From a virus (lineage: Duplodnaviria; Caudoviricetes): a DNA stretch of 64,000 nucleotides. The notes beneath the pieces were generated by a model. That model worked only from the letters and a program-made list of their open reading frames with translations. It did not search any database and was not told the origin of the DNA. Below, piece after piece: positions 9,362 through 18,008 of the stretch. The stretch lies in the IMG/VR virus record IMGVR_UViG_3300014205_000006, positions 1 to 64,000 of that record. One strand, 5' to 3'. A program made the translations under genes and the position numbers. Each line of letters opens with the position of its first letter. The stretch's first letter is position 1.

Positions 9362-10041
9362 GGCCTGTCCCTCCTCAACGCGTCAAACTCGTCCATCGCC
9401 GTGTCGCGGAACTCAAGCGGCTCGCCCCGCTCGGCGGCGCGGGCGTACTCTGCCAACTCGCCCTCGGTGAGGCCGGTCTCCATGTGGATGCTCAACCCCT
9501 TCTTGGAGTTGACGATTGCCCATGAGGCGAGGCGCGCGGCTCCGGCGGCGAGCACGCGCAACCTCCAATGCTCCTCTTCAAGGCCCTCGCCGACTTCATC
9601 CGTGTGCTCCTTCAGCGTCGCGTCGATTATGCTCGCCGCTTCCTCGGGGTCGAGCAGGATGGCCGTGCGGAGTTCGCGCAGGAGGATGGTCAAGTCGTGA
9701 ATCGCGGTCAGCCGGGAGTTGGCGACCTTCACGAGGGCGACGTTGGACTCCACGACCTCGGCGATGCGCCGCTTGAGGGCGGCGACATCGGCGTTGACGT
9801 CAAGGGAGGTGCGGAAGAGTCCGGGCGGCAGAGGGAGAGGCGATGAGATGGACTCCACGCCGTTGATGTTCACGACCGCCCGGACGCTCTGGCCGTCCGA
9901 GATCAGGTTGACGGAGTTCGTCGGCGGCGCTGGCGTGAACGGGTGCGCACGCGCGATGCCATCGTGCACAATCTTGACAAACCCGCAGTCACAGGCGTGC
10001 GTGACGTCGACAAGCCAAGCGCACCCCTTCGAGTGTCCCAC
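9358..10041 (-). CDS. Hypothetical coiled-coil protein with N-terminal H..GC...CDC motif
   Basis: Operonic overlaps; helical composition. Confidence 0.6.
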   Translation of the reverse strand: MGHSKGCAWLVDVTHACDCGFVKIVHDGIARAHPFTPAPPTNSVNLISDGQSVRAVVNINGVESISSPLPLPPGLFRTSLDVNADVAALKRRIAEVVESNVALVKVANSRLTAIHDLTILLRELRTAILLDPEEAASIIDATLKEHTDEVGEGLEEEHWRLRVLAAGAARLASWAIVNSKKGLSIHMETGLTEGELAEYARAAERGEPLEFRDTAMDEFDALRRDRP

Positions 10042-10211
10042 TAGCGGTTGTGCCGGTAGCAGAAGGCGACGTCATGCTCGGCGTACTCGGGCGCTTCGGG
10101 CGTCCCGTTGTTGACGCGGATGTGAGCGACGCGCAGCCGGTCGGTCGGGGTGGTGCACTCCTTCACAGCACAGGTCGTGCGGTCGCAGCAGTCGCAGAGC
10201 GTCTCGTTCAT
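10041..10211 (-). CDS. Small Cys-rich protein
   Basis: ATGA coupling; CDCC..C..C...C..H. Confidence 0.5.
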   Translation of the reverse strand: MNETLCDCCDRTTCAVKECTTPTDRLRVAHIRVNNGTPEAPEYAEHDVAFCYRHNR

Positions 10212-10387
10212 TCGATGATCACCACTTTCGAGCCATTCGGGCGAGTGTAAACCTCGCACGTGAAGATGAGTTGGCTGGTGCTGTCGCGGTCGCCCGAGCG
10301 GAGCGACACATAGGCGTCCTCGTCCATCATCTCGGGGTGCTCGCGCTCGATGGACTGGAGCGCTTCGAGGAGTTGCTTCAGCGTCAC
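10208..10387 (-). CDS. Small hypothetical protein (MTLKQLLEALQ...)
   Basis: GTGA coupling; N-terminus typical of small phage proteins. Confidence 0.55.
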   Translation of the reverse strand: MTLKQLLEALQSIEREHPEMMDEDAYVSLRSGDRDSTSQLIFTCEVYTRPNGSKVVIIE

Positions 10388-10569
10388 CGGCGGAGCCCCT
10401 CGCGCGTCCGGCGGACGATCTTGTCGAGGCAGCGCGTGCACCGCTTGGAGCGGAACGCCGCCTTGAACTCGATGACGGGAAGGCTCGCCGCTACAGCCGC
10501 CGCGCCCTTCACGTTGCACAACGTGTAGTCGCCGCCCTCGTTGGCGTGGACCAACGTCTCATCGCCCAT
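10384..10569 (-). CDS. Small Zn-finger protein (H...TLC...CxxC)
   Basis: Motif and operonic overlap. Confidence 0.5.
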   Translation of the reverse strand: MGDETLVHANEGGDYTLCNVKGAAAVAASLPVIEFKAAFRSKRCTRCLDKIVRRTREGLRR

Positions 10570-10933
10570 GGTAGTCGTACTCCCTCGCGTTCGGCCCGGT
10601 CGCCGGGTAGTCGGCATCTTGGAGTCGATGCGGGATGGACGGGTCGTGCCCACGCTCCCACACGCACTGGTCGCCGCCGCTCCCGCTCCACACGCGGAAG
10701 TCGCATCGCGGGATGTAGCGCCTCGGCTCGGCGGGCCCGCCGAAGGCCCTGATGACGTTCGTCGCGTCCGGCGGGAGAGGGTCGCCGGGCTGCCAGCGCG
10801 GCGGGACGACTGAGCCGCCGTAGCGCTCGGCGGGGTACATGCGCTTGACCTCGTCAGAGATGACGATGCCGACCACGGTGGGGCAATCATCCGCGTGGTC
10901 GTCATCGGGTCTGCCGCAGTCGTGGCACTTCAT
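10559..10933 (-). CDS. Cys/His-rich hypothetical protein
   Basis: CHDCG...H...C; tightly packed. Confidence 0.55.
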   Translation of the reverse strand: MKCHDCGRPDDDHADDCPTVVGIVISDEVKRMYPAERYGGSVVPPRWQPGDPLPPDATNVIRAFGGPAEPRRYIPRCDFRVWSGSGGDQCVWERGHDPSIPHRLQDADYPATGPNAREYDYHGR

Positions 10934-11227
10934 CTAGTCCACCATCCATCCGGCGGCGAGGAGCGCCTCAAGGTCTGTGTACAGGATGGAGGGGCGTCCG
11001 CCCTTCGGCGTGTCTTGGTAGATGCCGCCGAGGTAGACGGGAATCTGGTGCGACGGGTGATCGCGGTTGGCCGCGATGTCCATGGCGTTGACGATGGCGA
11101 GCGACGGCCTACCTGTCTCGTCGCGCAACTGGTAGTTCTTCAGCGGCACGATGGGCGCGAAGGGCGCATCCTTCGGGGCGAGGAGGAACTGGCGGTCACG
11201 GTCATCGACCTCAAACGGACGCGTCAT
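10934..11227 (-). CDS. Hypothetical protein (ends LLAAGWMVD)
   Basis: RBS and a C-terminal motif common in small phage proteins. Confidence 0.55.
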   Translation of the reverse strand: MTRPFEVDDRDRQFLLAPKDAPFAPIVPLKNYQLRDETGRPSLAIVNAMDIAANRDHPSHQIPVYLGGIYQDTPKGGRPSILYTDLEALLAAGWMVD

Positions 11228-11624
11228 CGCGGGGCCACCCTTCCTTGTCATTGGCGGCGAGGGCGGCGGCTTCGGCCTCGTCCTGCGAGGAGTACAACTC
11301 TGACGCAGAGTGCGACTCCTCTTCACCGCCGTACACGCGCTCCATGTATTGGATGTCGCAGCCGCTCTCCGCACCGCCATCCGTGACCCTGATCGCCGCG
11401 ATGTGCACGCGCACCACCCTGTGCTTCTGCTTGTAGGCCTTGTCCTGTCGAGTGCCCAGGCACTTCGGGCACCGGGTTGTCGCGCCGTCGAGTCCCATGA
11501 TCGTGCCGGACTTCCCGCAGAATCCGCAGTCCACCGCGCCGAACAACTCTGAACGGCTCGACAGGGCGAACACCTCGACGCCCGGAGAGAACTTGGTGTT
11601 GATGATCAAGCCGCCACCTTCCAT
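11211..11624 (-). CDS. DnaJ-type CxxCxGxG Zn-finger protein
   Basis: CGFCGKSG...CPKCLGT. Confidence 0.55.
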   Translation of the reverse strand: MEGGGLIINTKFSPGVEVFALSSRSELFGAVDCGFCGKSGTIMGLDGATTRCPKCLGTRQDKAYKQKHRVVRVHIAAIRVTDGGAESGCDIQYMERVYGGEEESHSASELYSSQDEAEAAALAANDKEGWPRDDASV

Positions 11625-11779
11625 TCGTCGCCGTGGTCGCATCCGCAGCGCGGCGTGCTCGTCCCCATCGCGCCCGAGTAGGAGCAGGAGTTGCTCCAAG
11701 GGTTCGTGAAGCGGAACGCGTGGTTGCACTTCGCGCAGGGCCCGGCCTTCCAGTTGTACTTCATGCGTAGCATCCACAT
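11606..11779 (-). CDS. Small Cys-rich protein
   Basis: CAKCNH...C...CGC. Confidence 0.45.
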   Translation of the reverse strand: MWMLRMKYNWKAGPCAKCNHAFRFTNPWSNSCSYSGAMGTSTPRCGCDHGDEWKVAA

Positions 11780-11910
11780 GCTCGCCCGCCGAGGACGGCG
11801 AGGCAGAGGTGGCCCGGCCCGAGGGCGTGGACGTGGTAGCACGTCGAGCAGACGGTCAACATGACGGTCTTGACAGGAGTCGCGCCGTGCCGGTAGAATC
11901 CGCCAGCCAT
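11761..11910 (-). CDS. Small Cys-rich protein
   Basis: CSTCYHVH...C...CGC. Confidence 0.45.
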   Translation of the reverse strand: MAGGFYRHGATPVKTVMLTVCSTCYHVHALGPGHLCLAVLGGRACGCYA

Positions 11911-12083
11911 CAAAACTGCGCTCCGCACTCGTAGGGGCAGGGGCGCTCCTGCTCGCGGCCCTGAGCGTCCCACCCGACCGTGGCGGCCCCGGTGTTGTTG
12001 CAGCCGGGGCAGGGCGCGGAGCGGGTCTTGGAGGCGTTGAACCGGACAGTCGTGCCGTTGGCGCGCTTGAACGAGACGATCAT
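11910..12083 (-). CDS. Small Zn-finger protein
   Basis: AGGAGG RBS; CPGCNNTG...CPYEC. Confidence 0.5.
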   Translation of the reverse strand: MIVSFKRANGTTVRFNASKTRSAPCPGCNNTGAATVGWDAQGREQERPCPYECGAQF

Positions 12084-12104
12084 CGGGAACCTCCTGAAGA
12101 GTTC

Positions 12105-12178
12105 TGGCGGGGGCGGCAGGAATCGAACCTGCTACAGCCGGTTTTGGAGACCAGCCCGCTTACTCCAGAGCCACCCCC
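12105..12178 (-). tRNA. tRNA-Trp(CCA) with atypical D-arm
   Basis: Acceptor GGGGGTG/CGCCCCC, anticodon loop CTCCAAA, T-arm GCAGG-TTCGATT-CCTGC, encoded 3' CCA. Confidence 0.8.
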
Positions 12179-12194
12179 ACGCGGGGCGACCGGG

Positions 12195-12422
12195 CTATGA
12201 AGCCCAGTACGTCTCGCTCAGCGGGCTCGTGACGTACACGAGGCCTCGCTGGGTCTTGTGCCCGCCGCAGCGGACGTTCGCGAGCGGCTTGCCCTCGCGC
12301 GCCGCGCGGGTCTTGGCGGCCTTGCAGTGCCGGCAGACGGCTTCCGCCGCGTCCAGCAGCGCGTAGGTCGCGTCAAGCGCGGCCTGAGCCTTCTCACGTG
12401 CCTCGCCGGTAAGCATCCCCAT
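12195..12422 (-). CDS. Small hypothetical protein (CRHC...C..H)
   Basis: GAGGAG RBS; first gene after a promoter. Confidence 0.6.
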   Translation of the reverse strand: MGMLTGEAREKAQAALDATYALLDAAEAVCRHCKAAKTRAAREGKPLANVRCGGHKTQRGLVYVTSPLSETYWAS

Positions 12423-12466
12423 CTTCAGTCTCCTCGCGCCGCCGGGGGAAGTACCCCAGCGAGGAG

Positions 12467-12495
12467 ATAATACCTCGTACGTCGCACCGCGTCTA
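12467..12495 (-). promoter_or_regulatory. Leftward promoter P1 (TAGACG-17-TATTAT)
   Basis: One of eight copies with conserved spacer end CGA.GYRCGAGG. Confidence 0.75.
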
Positions 12496-12521
12496 CCCGC
12501 CCGCGTGTACGATTTGAGCCA

Positions 12522-13091
12522 TCAAGTTGTGGGTTGCTCGCCCTCGTCCTTGCCGAGAATGGCATACAGCCGGTCGGTGATCTCTCGCACCGTCTCCTCG
12601 GGAGTGCCATCGTTGTAGACCTCGATGACGGGGATGCGCGTGGGGATCATGGCGACCACCGCGTCAAACAGGAGGTCGATCATCGCCAACTGGATGTCGC
12701 TGAACCGATCGGCGCGGGCGGCGATGCACTTGTCGATGTCCCGCTTGACGTGCACCACAACCGTCTCGCGCGGCACGATGCGCCGCCAGTAGTAGTCCCA
12801 CACTGCCGGGTCGATGGGCTCGATGTTACGGAAGCGCCGGTACACATCTGCCGACGCGATGCCCCGGTCGCCGATGGCACTCGCGTCGAGGCGCTTGAGG
12901 ATGTCAGCCGTGGCCAAGTCCTCGGCGTAGTCGGCGATGCCGGGAATCGGCGAGCCGAGATGACCGCGCATCCCCAGCGCCTCCTCATGCCCTGTGAAGA
13001 GGTTGAGGACGGGGATGCTGAGTTCGTTGCTGAGGAGCGCGGCAAGAGTCGTCTTGCCCGCCCCGTCTACGCCTTCGAGCACGAGGTACAT
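12522..13091 (-). CDS. Thymidylate-kinase-like dNMP kinase
   Basis: YLVLEGVDGAGKTT P-loop and DR motif (GDRGIASADVY). Confidence 0.8.
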   Translation of the reverse strand: MYLVLEGVDGAGKTTLAALLSNELSIPVLNLFTGHEEALGMRGHLGSPIPGIADYAEDLATADILKRLDASAIGDRGIASADVYRRFRNIEPIDPAVWDYYWRRIVPRETVVVHVKRDIDKCIAARADRFSDIQLAMIDLLFDAVVAMIPTRIPVIEVYNDGTPEETVREITDRLYAILGKDEGEQPTT

Positions 13092-13102
13092 GAGAGGCCT
13101 TC

Positions 13103-13429
13103 CTAGCGTCGCACTGCCGCGACTTGCTGCTGGAGCAGGAACCGTTGCCGTTCGCGGAGGAACAGCCACGTCTTGAAGCAGACCGTGCAGAGCGCGTTGT
13201 CCAACGCTGCCTCGCGCACGGTCGAGTCCGTCTGATCGGGCAGCGCCTCGTGAACCTTGTGACGTCCGCAGTACATCACATCGAGGCGCGGGAAGCCGAT
13301 GTGGATCTTGTGATGAGGCTTTGCCTGGAACTCGTGCGACCGGATGCGGTCGTGCTCGGCGTGAGGCCGGTCGCAGACCGTCAGCGACGGGCGGAGGAGT
13401 GCGGAACACTTCGCGCGGGGACTAGTCAC
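13103..13429 (-). CDS. Cys/His-rich hypothetical protein
   Basis: Operonic; C..H, YCG, CTVC. Confidence 0.5.
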   Translation of the reverse strand: MTSPRAKCSALLRPSLTVCDRPHAEHDRIRSHEFQAKPHHKIHIGFPRLDVMYCGRHKVHEALPDQTDSTVREAALDNALCTVCFKTWLFLRERQRFLLQQQVAAVRR

Positions 13430-13871
13430 GAGTGGAGCCCTCCTGCTTGATCAAGGTGAAGGCGGCGATGAGGCCGTCCAGCACCATGTCAAACACCTTC
13501 GGCGTGAGTTCGGCGAGCACGAGCGGCGAGACCATCGGCGCGAGTTCCGCCGCCAGCGCGTCGGCAAGCGAGGGCGTCATGGCCTTCGCCTCGGGCTTGG
13601 AGGGCGGAGCCATGCCCTGTGCCGCTCCGTCAGCCGTAGCGCCATTCTGCGCTCTTGGCTTCCGCACGACCTTCACACCGGGCTTGGCGACCCGCCCGAC
13701 GTGCTTGATGCCCCAGTAGTTCAGCAGGTTCGCCATCACGGTCGATGAGATGTCGAACTTCCGCGCCGTCGCGTTGAAGCCCTCCCTGCGGTACGTGCGC
13801 TTGAAGTCATCCTTGTCGATGCCCTCGGCGCGTACCGCGATGGGGATTCCCAACTTGATTCCACCGGCCAT
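13422..13871 (-). CDS. Putative HTH DNA-binding protein
   Basis: GFNATARKFDISSTVMANLL..WGI helix-turn-helix pattern. Confidence 0.5.
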   Translation of the reverse strand: MAGGIKLGIPIAVRAEGIDKDDFKRTYRREGFNATARKFDISSTVMANLLNYWGIKHVGRVAKPGVKVVRKPRAQNGATADGAAQGMAPPSKPEAKAMTPSLADALAAELAPMVSPLVLAELTPKVFDMVLDGLIAAFTLIKQEGSTRD

Positions 13872-13899
13872 TTCAACCTCAATTCCAACGTCGGGCCAA

Positions 13900-15123
13900 C
13901 TACAGACAGAGCGTGAGACGGCGGGTCACCTCCATGTAGTCCTCGGTGCTGATGTCGTACGGGAGCGTGAAACGGACGGGGAGCGTGTCGCGTGCCGTGA
14001 TGAGCAGCAACCCCTCCTCGCGAGCCCGAGCGCACAACCCCTTCGGGTCATCCGTCCGAATCGCCATCATGTACCCGTAGTTGTACAGGCCCTTCGACCC
14101 GAACTGGTCGACAAGGTCGCGGGCCCTGTCGAGCATCGTGCTCAGCATGCCGCCTTCGAGTTCCTCGATGAGGCGCTTCGACAGGTAGCAACCCATCGGA
14201 CTCCCTGCCATCGTGTTGAAGTGCGAGCCGTGATCCATCACGTCGCCGATGTCGCCGCGCGTGACGGTGATGCTGAACGGCCAACCCGCGCCCGCCGCCT
14301 TGCCGAAGCACCAGATGTCCGGGTTCATCGGCACGAGGCTCCCGCCATACGCGCTGATGATGGACGGCACGCCGCCGACGCGCCCGAATCCGGTCTGGAC
14401 TTCATCGAAGATGATCACGCCGCCCGCCTCGCGGATGACCTTGGCCATCGCCCAGACCTCCTCCGGCCACTCCTCCAGAGTGTTGTTGCCGTTCAGCGGG
14501 CTGATGACGAGGGCCGCGACCTGACGCGGCGAGATTTCGCGCTCGCCGTGTCCGGCCTCCTGTCCCCAGTGCGGGTTGGTAACCTTCACCGCACCGTGCT
14601 CCATCATGCCGAGGGCGACGCCCATCTGCGGGTTCGGGTAGCCGAAGCCCTTGTGGTGGTACTCGGGCCCGTCTTGGATGGAGAGGTTCGCGAGTGAGCG
14701 CCCGTGAAAGTCGCCGGGGAGTCCGAGCACCCAGCCGCGCCCGGTCGCCCGGCGTGCGGTCTTGATCGCCGTCTCCACGGCCTCCTGCCCGCTGTTCGAG
14801 TAGAACACGCGGACGTTCTGGCCGAGCCCGAGGCGCTCCCCGAGCATGAGCGGGTACTCGTTGTCGCGCAGCGAGTTGAAGAGCATGTGCGGCTGACGGA
14901 AGGGCACGCCCGCCACGAGCCCATCGTTGATCCAGTCCTCCATGCGCTCATTCGAGATGGGCGAGGCCCCGGCGTCACCGAAGCAGTCGATCAGGTCGAC
15001 ATCGCCGCCCTCGCCGCTGAAGAGCCAGCGGGCTCCGGCTTGGCCGGACGGCTCGGCCAACTTGTCGAGCGTCGGGAAGTTGAGGTCAGGCTTGAAGGTG
15101 TTGAGGTCAGGGTTGAAGGTCAC
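13900..15123 (-). CDS. Class III PLP-dependent aminotransferase (ArgD/GabT/PatA family)
   Basis: NSGQEAVETAIK, FHGRS, IFDEVQTGFGRVG, PDIWCFGK (PLP lysine), HFNTMAGSP; GGAGG RBS before GTG 15123. Confidence 0.9.
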   Translation of the reverse strand: MTFNPDLNTFKPDLNFPTLDKLAEPSGQAGARWLFSGEGGDVDLIDCFGDAGASPISNERMEDWINDGLVAGVPFRQPHMLFNSLRDNEYPLMLGERLGLGQNVRVFYSNSGQEAVETAIKTARRATGRGWVLGLPGDFHGRSLANLSIQDGPEYHHKGFGYPNPQMGVALGMMEHGAVKVTNPHWGQEAGHGEREISPRQVAALVISPLNGNNTLEEWPEEVWAMAKVIREAGGVIIFDEVQTGFGRVGGVPSIISAYGGSLVPMNPDIWCFGKAAGAGWPFSITVTRGDIGDVMDHGSHFNTMAGSPMGCYLSKRLIEELEGGMLSTMLDRARDLVDQFGSKGLYNYGYMMAIRTDDPKGLCARAREEGLLLITARDTLPVRFTLPYDISTEDYMEVTRRLTLCL

Positions 15124-15449
15124 GCTTCCTCCTCCGGCACCAAGCCGCGTCCGACGACATAGGTCTGAGCGGCGGGCTGGACGCGGACGGGAGAGATCAG
15201 AGCCTCCAGCACCGACGCCATCCAACTCGTGAAGAACACCGCCATCAGGCCTGACGTAGAGAACAGGATGATGAGCGTGTACTTCACCGGCGCGAGAGGG
15301 TGAGGCTCGCAGACCCTCTCCTTCAAGGTGGCGCTGTAGAGGCAGTCCGCCGGGAACAGCGTGAACGCGAAGATGACAGCGCCGAGAAAGAGCAGGCTTT
15401 GCACGAGTGCCAACACTCGCAGAGCCTTGATGAGCTGCTTGTTGTCCAC
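15120..15449 (-). CDS. Two-TM membrane protein
   Basis: AGGAGG RBS; two hydrophobic helices. Confidence 0.6.
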   Translation of the reverse strand: MDNKQLIKALRVLALVQSLLFLGAVIFAFTLFPADCLYSATLKERVCEPHPLAPVKYTLIILFSTSGLMAVFFTSWMASVLEALISPVRVQPAAQTYVVGRGLVPEEEA

Positions 15450-15480
15450 GATGCCTCCTGCGGGCGATTCGTCCGGCGCG

Positions 15481-16473
15481 TTAGGCGCGGGGCGTCCAAG
15501 TCCAAGTCTCGGCGAGTTGCGGCTGATCCCACAGAGCCGCGTACTGCGGGATGCGTTCCTTCACGGCCTCGGCGTGCGCCGCCTCGATGACAGGGATCAG
15601 GTCGCCCGTCGCGATGGCCAAGCGCTCCCGCTCTTGGAAGTACATCGGGCAGACGGGGAGTTGGTCGCGCCCGTCCATGCGACGGATGTTCTCCTCGACG
15701 TAGGCGCACGTGTCGTACGAACCGTCAGAAGCGATGCACGGCGGCGTGACGAGGTTGCGGAACACCGGGTGCACCTTCGTGGCGAGTTCGTTGACCATCG
15801 AGGCGATGACCGGGGCCCAGAGCCCGCCCTGCAGAATCCAGCAGGAGCGCTCGCCGATGATGTGCGAGAGGGCGGCGAGGTTGATGCTCATCGCGATGCG
15901 GTGGGTCGCGCCGAGCGGGATGAGTTGGCGCGCGTCCTCCATCGGGACGCCCGACGCCACGAGTTCGTTGTACGCCGACTGGATGCCCTCCATCGCCGTG
16001 ATGAAGACGTCTGCCTCGGGCGAGCCGGTCTTGATCGTCTCGGGCAGGTGGTACGCGCCCTTGTCGGCGAACACGCCCATGTTCTGGATGCGCATCGACT
16101 GCGACCAGAAACTCGCGCCCTCCTCGGGAATGACGTCCACGCCGTAGTTCGGCCCGTACTTCACGCCGACGCGGTGACGGACTGCCTGCTCGCGCCAACT
16201 GACCGGCACGCCTTCGAGGATGAAGTTGAAGGTGATGAACTCACCGACCGGGATGCGCTCATCGAGGATGCGCTGGAAGAGCGACATCGCCTCGGCGCGC
16301 TCGCCGTCGAGGGAGTTGCGCGCCCGGAAGTCGTAGTCAAGGTTGAGGTTGCGGTAGCGCTGGAGAATCTCGTCCAGCGGCTCCTCGGACTTGGATGCGT
16401 CCCAGACGGCGAGCGTCTGAGAGATGGGGTTGGTGGTGTGACCAACCAGCGTGGCCTTCATCGTGTCGGACAA
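15481..16473 (-). CDS. thyX: ThyX-like flavin-dependent thymidylate synthase, divergent
   Basis: EFITFNFILEGV, REQAVRHR, SQSMR, EDARQLIPLG, NLAALSHII.ER, PPC...C. Confidence 0.75.
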   Translation of the reverse strand: MSDTMKATLVGHTTNPISQTLAVWDASKSEEPLDEILQRYRNLNLDYDFRARNSLDGERAEAMSLFQRILDERIPVGEFITFNFILEGVPVSWREQAVRHRVGVKYGPNYGVDVIPEEGASFWSQSMRIQNMGVFADKGAYHLPETIKTGSPEADVFITAMEGIQSAYNELVASGVPMEDARQLIPLGATHRIAMSINLAALSHIIGERSCWILQGGLWAPVIASMVNELATKVHPVFRNLVTPPCIASDGSYDTCAYVEENIRRMDGRDQLPVCPMYFQERERLAIATGDLIPVIEAAHAEAVKERIPQYAALWDQPQLAETWTWTPRA

Positions 16474-16644
16474 CTACAGTGCCTCCCGCGTGCGGATGTC
16501 GAGCAGGTCGCCCCGCTTCATGATAACGATTTGCTCGGGCTTGAGGTTGAGACGGATGAGAGTCACGCCGTGCTCATCGGTGACGTAGGCGACGTTGCGC
16601 GCCTCGTCAACTTCAACAAGCGCCTCGCCTGTGATCTTGAGCAT
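16474..16644 (-). CDS. 56-aa hypothetical protein
   Basis: GGAGG RBS; stop abuts the thyX start. Confidence 0.55.
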   Translation of the reverse strand: MLKITGEALVEVDEARNVAYVTDEHGVTLIRLNLKPEQIVIMKRGDLLDIRTREAL

Positions 16645-16746
16645 CCGAACCTCCGTGCCGAGGTTGAGCCGGGAGAGGAAGCGCGTGAACCACGCGTGAT
16701 CCGCGCCGCTCCCTCTCCCCGCAATTTGTGACTTGAGGGGCGCTGG

Positions 16747-16983
16747 CTAGATGGGCTCGCCCGAAACCGGGTCGAGTTCCGTCACGCCATCGTCCGCGAA
16801 CCGGCGGTGATCGCCGGTGGGCTCCGTGAGTTCGACGGGCTCGCCCGCCTCGCTCGCGTCGAGGTTGTTGCCGGCGTCCGCGGCAGCGGGCGTGTCGGCG
16901 TCCTGGTCGTTGTCGTCGGTCAGCTGTGCATCATCCTTCGGAGCGTCGGCGGCATCGCCGGGCGGCTTATTCTTCACGGCCAT
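16747..16983 (-). CDS. Highly acidic small protein
   Basis: D/E-rich; operonic. Confidence 0.55.
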   Translation of the reverse strand: MAVKNKPPGDAADAPKDDAQLTDDNDQDADTPAAADAGNNLDASEAGEPVELTEPTGDHRRFADDGVTELDPVSGEPI

Positions 16984-17518
16984 CGTCAGTCCCTTCTTCA
17001 ACGCCGGAGCCATCCAGCCCCGCACGTGCCTTGAGTTGGAGTTGCGCCTTGAACACGTCCTCAGCCGTCGCCGGTCGAGGGGTGTAGCGCGTCTGTACGG
17101 CAGTCGGCGGAGTCTCACACTCCGCGATCATCGCGGCGAGTTCGGGGTGCAGCGATGCATCCGCCTTCAGCGCCGCCTCGTTGATCTTCACGACCGTGGT
17201 CGTGACGACTTCCTCTGTGACGTACTTCTGGTACGCCTCCACGGTCAGGCTCTCCTTCAGCCGTTTGGCGAGCGCGGAGTCATCCACGCCGCCGCCCCGC
17301 ATCTGGAAGTAGCGCCCGGCCTTCACGCCGCCGCCGCCTGTGAGGACAACGCCGGTGAAGCCGCTTTCCTTGCCGACAAACTTGTCGGCCTCCGCCATCA
17401 CCCGGACGTAGGTTGCCTCCTCATTCTTCTTGGCCTCGGCCAAGGCGAGTTGCGCCTTGTCCCACGCCAAGATTGCGACAGCGACCTCGCCCGTTACGGC
17501 AATGACTTCCTCAGGCAT
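16967..17518 (-). CDS. Hypothetical protein
   Basis: Coiled N-terminus; operonic overlap. Confidence 0.6.
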   Translation of the reverse strand: MPEEVIAVTGEVAVAILAWDKAQLALAEAKKNEEATYVRVMAEADKFVGKESGFTGVVLTGGGGVKAGRYFQMRGGGVDDSALAKRLKESLTVEAYQKYVTEEVVTTTVVKINEAALKADASLHPELAAMIAECETPPTAVQTRYTPRPATAEDVFKAQLQLKARAGLDGSGVEEGTDDGREE

Positions 17519-17937
17519 TAGTTGGGCTCCACCGTCATCCGCGCGCCGGGCTTGATCACCCAAGCGAACGTATGAGACTTGGACTCCGACGTGCAACGCG
17601 CGGTGCCGTGCTCCGGCTCCCCCGCTCGCGTAGTCGTCAGCGTCAGGCGCGTACCGTCCAGGTGACAGGTGCGCTTGTCCAGCATCGACTCCAGCTGGTC
17701 GTCCCGCTTCGCGTGCGGGCTCGCAGCCTTGACCTCGGCGGCGGACTTGTCCGAGCGCTTGGCCCGAATCCAGTACGGCACCACTTGGTCAATTTGAACT
17801 CGTGACCGGCTCGGATTCGCCCTCTGGTGGGCGGGCGAGCGGGACACAGACTCGCTGATGGCGGCCTTGTGATCGTCGGCCAATCGGAAGCCCGGTGCTC
17901 GACCGCGCTTGCCCTTCGGCTTCACATCCTGTACCAT
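17518..17937 (-). CDS. NUMOD3-like motif plus Zn-ribbon protein
   Basis: GFRLADDHKAAISES; C..D...C....H; GGAGG RBS. Confidence 0.55.
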   Translation of the reverse strand: MVQDVKPKGKRGRAPGFRLADDHKAAISESVSRSPAHQRANPSRSRVQIDQVVPYWIRAKRSDKSAAEVKAASPHAKRDDQLESMLDKRTCHLDGTRLTLTTTRAGEPEHGTARCTSESKSHTFAWVIKPGARMTVEPN

Positions 17938-17978
17938 TCATCCTCCAATTTCAACGGGAGCGGGGCCCGTTACCCGAG

Positions 17979-18008
17979 ATATTACCTCGCGCCTCGTATC
18001 GGAGTCTA
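17979..18008 (-). promoter_or_regulatory. Leftward promoter P2 (TAGACT-18-TAATAT)
   Basis: Conserved spacer motif. Confidence 0.65.

Noticed and set aside
15078-15121. 21-bp tandem duplication at the aminotransferase N-terminus (TFNPDLN TFKPDLN)
   Set aside because: In-frame local duplication with no evident function
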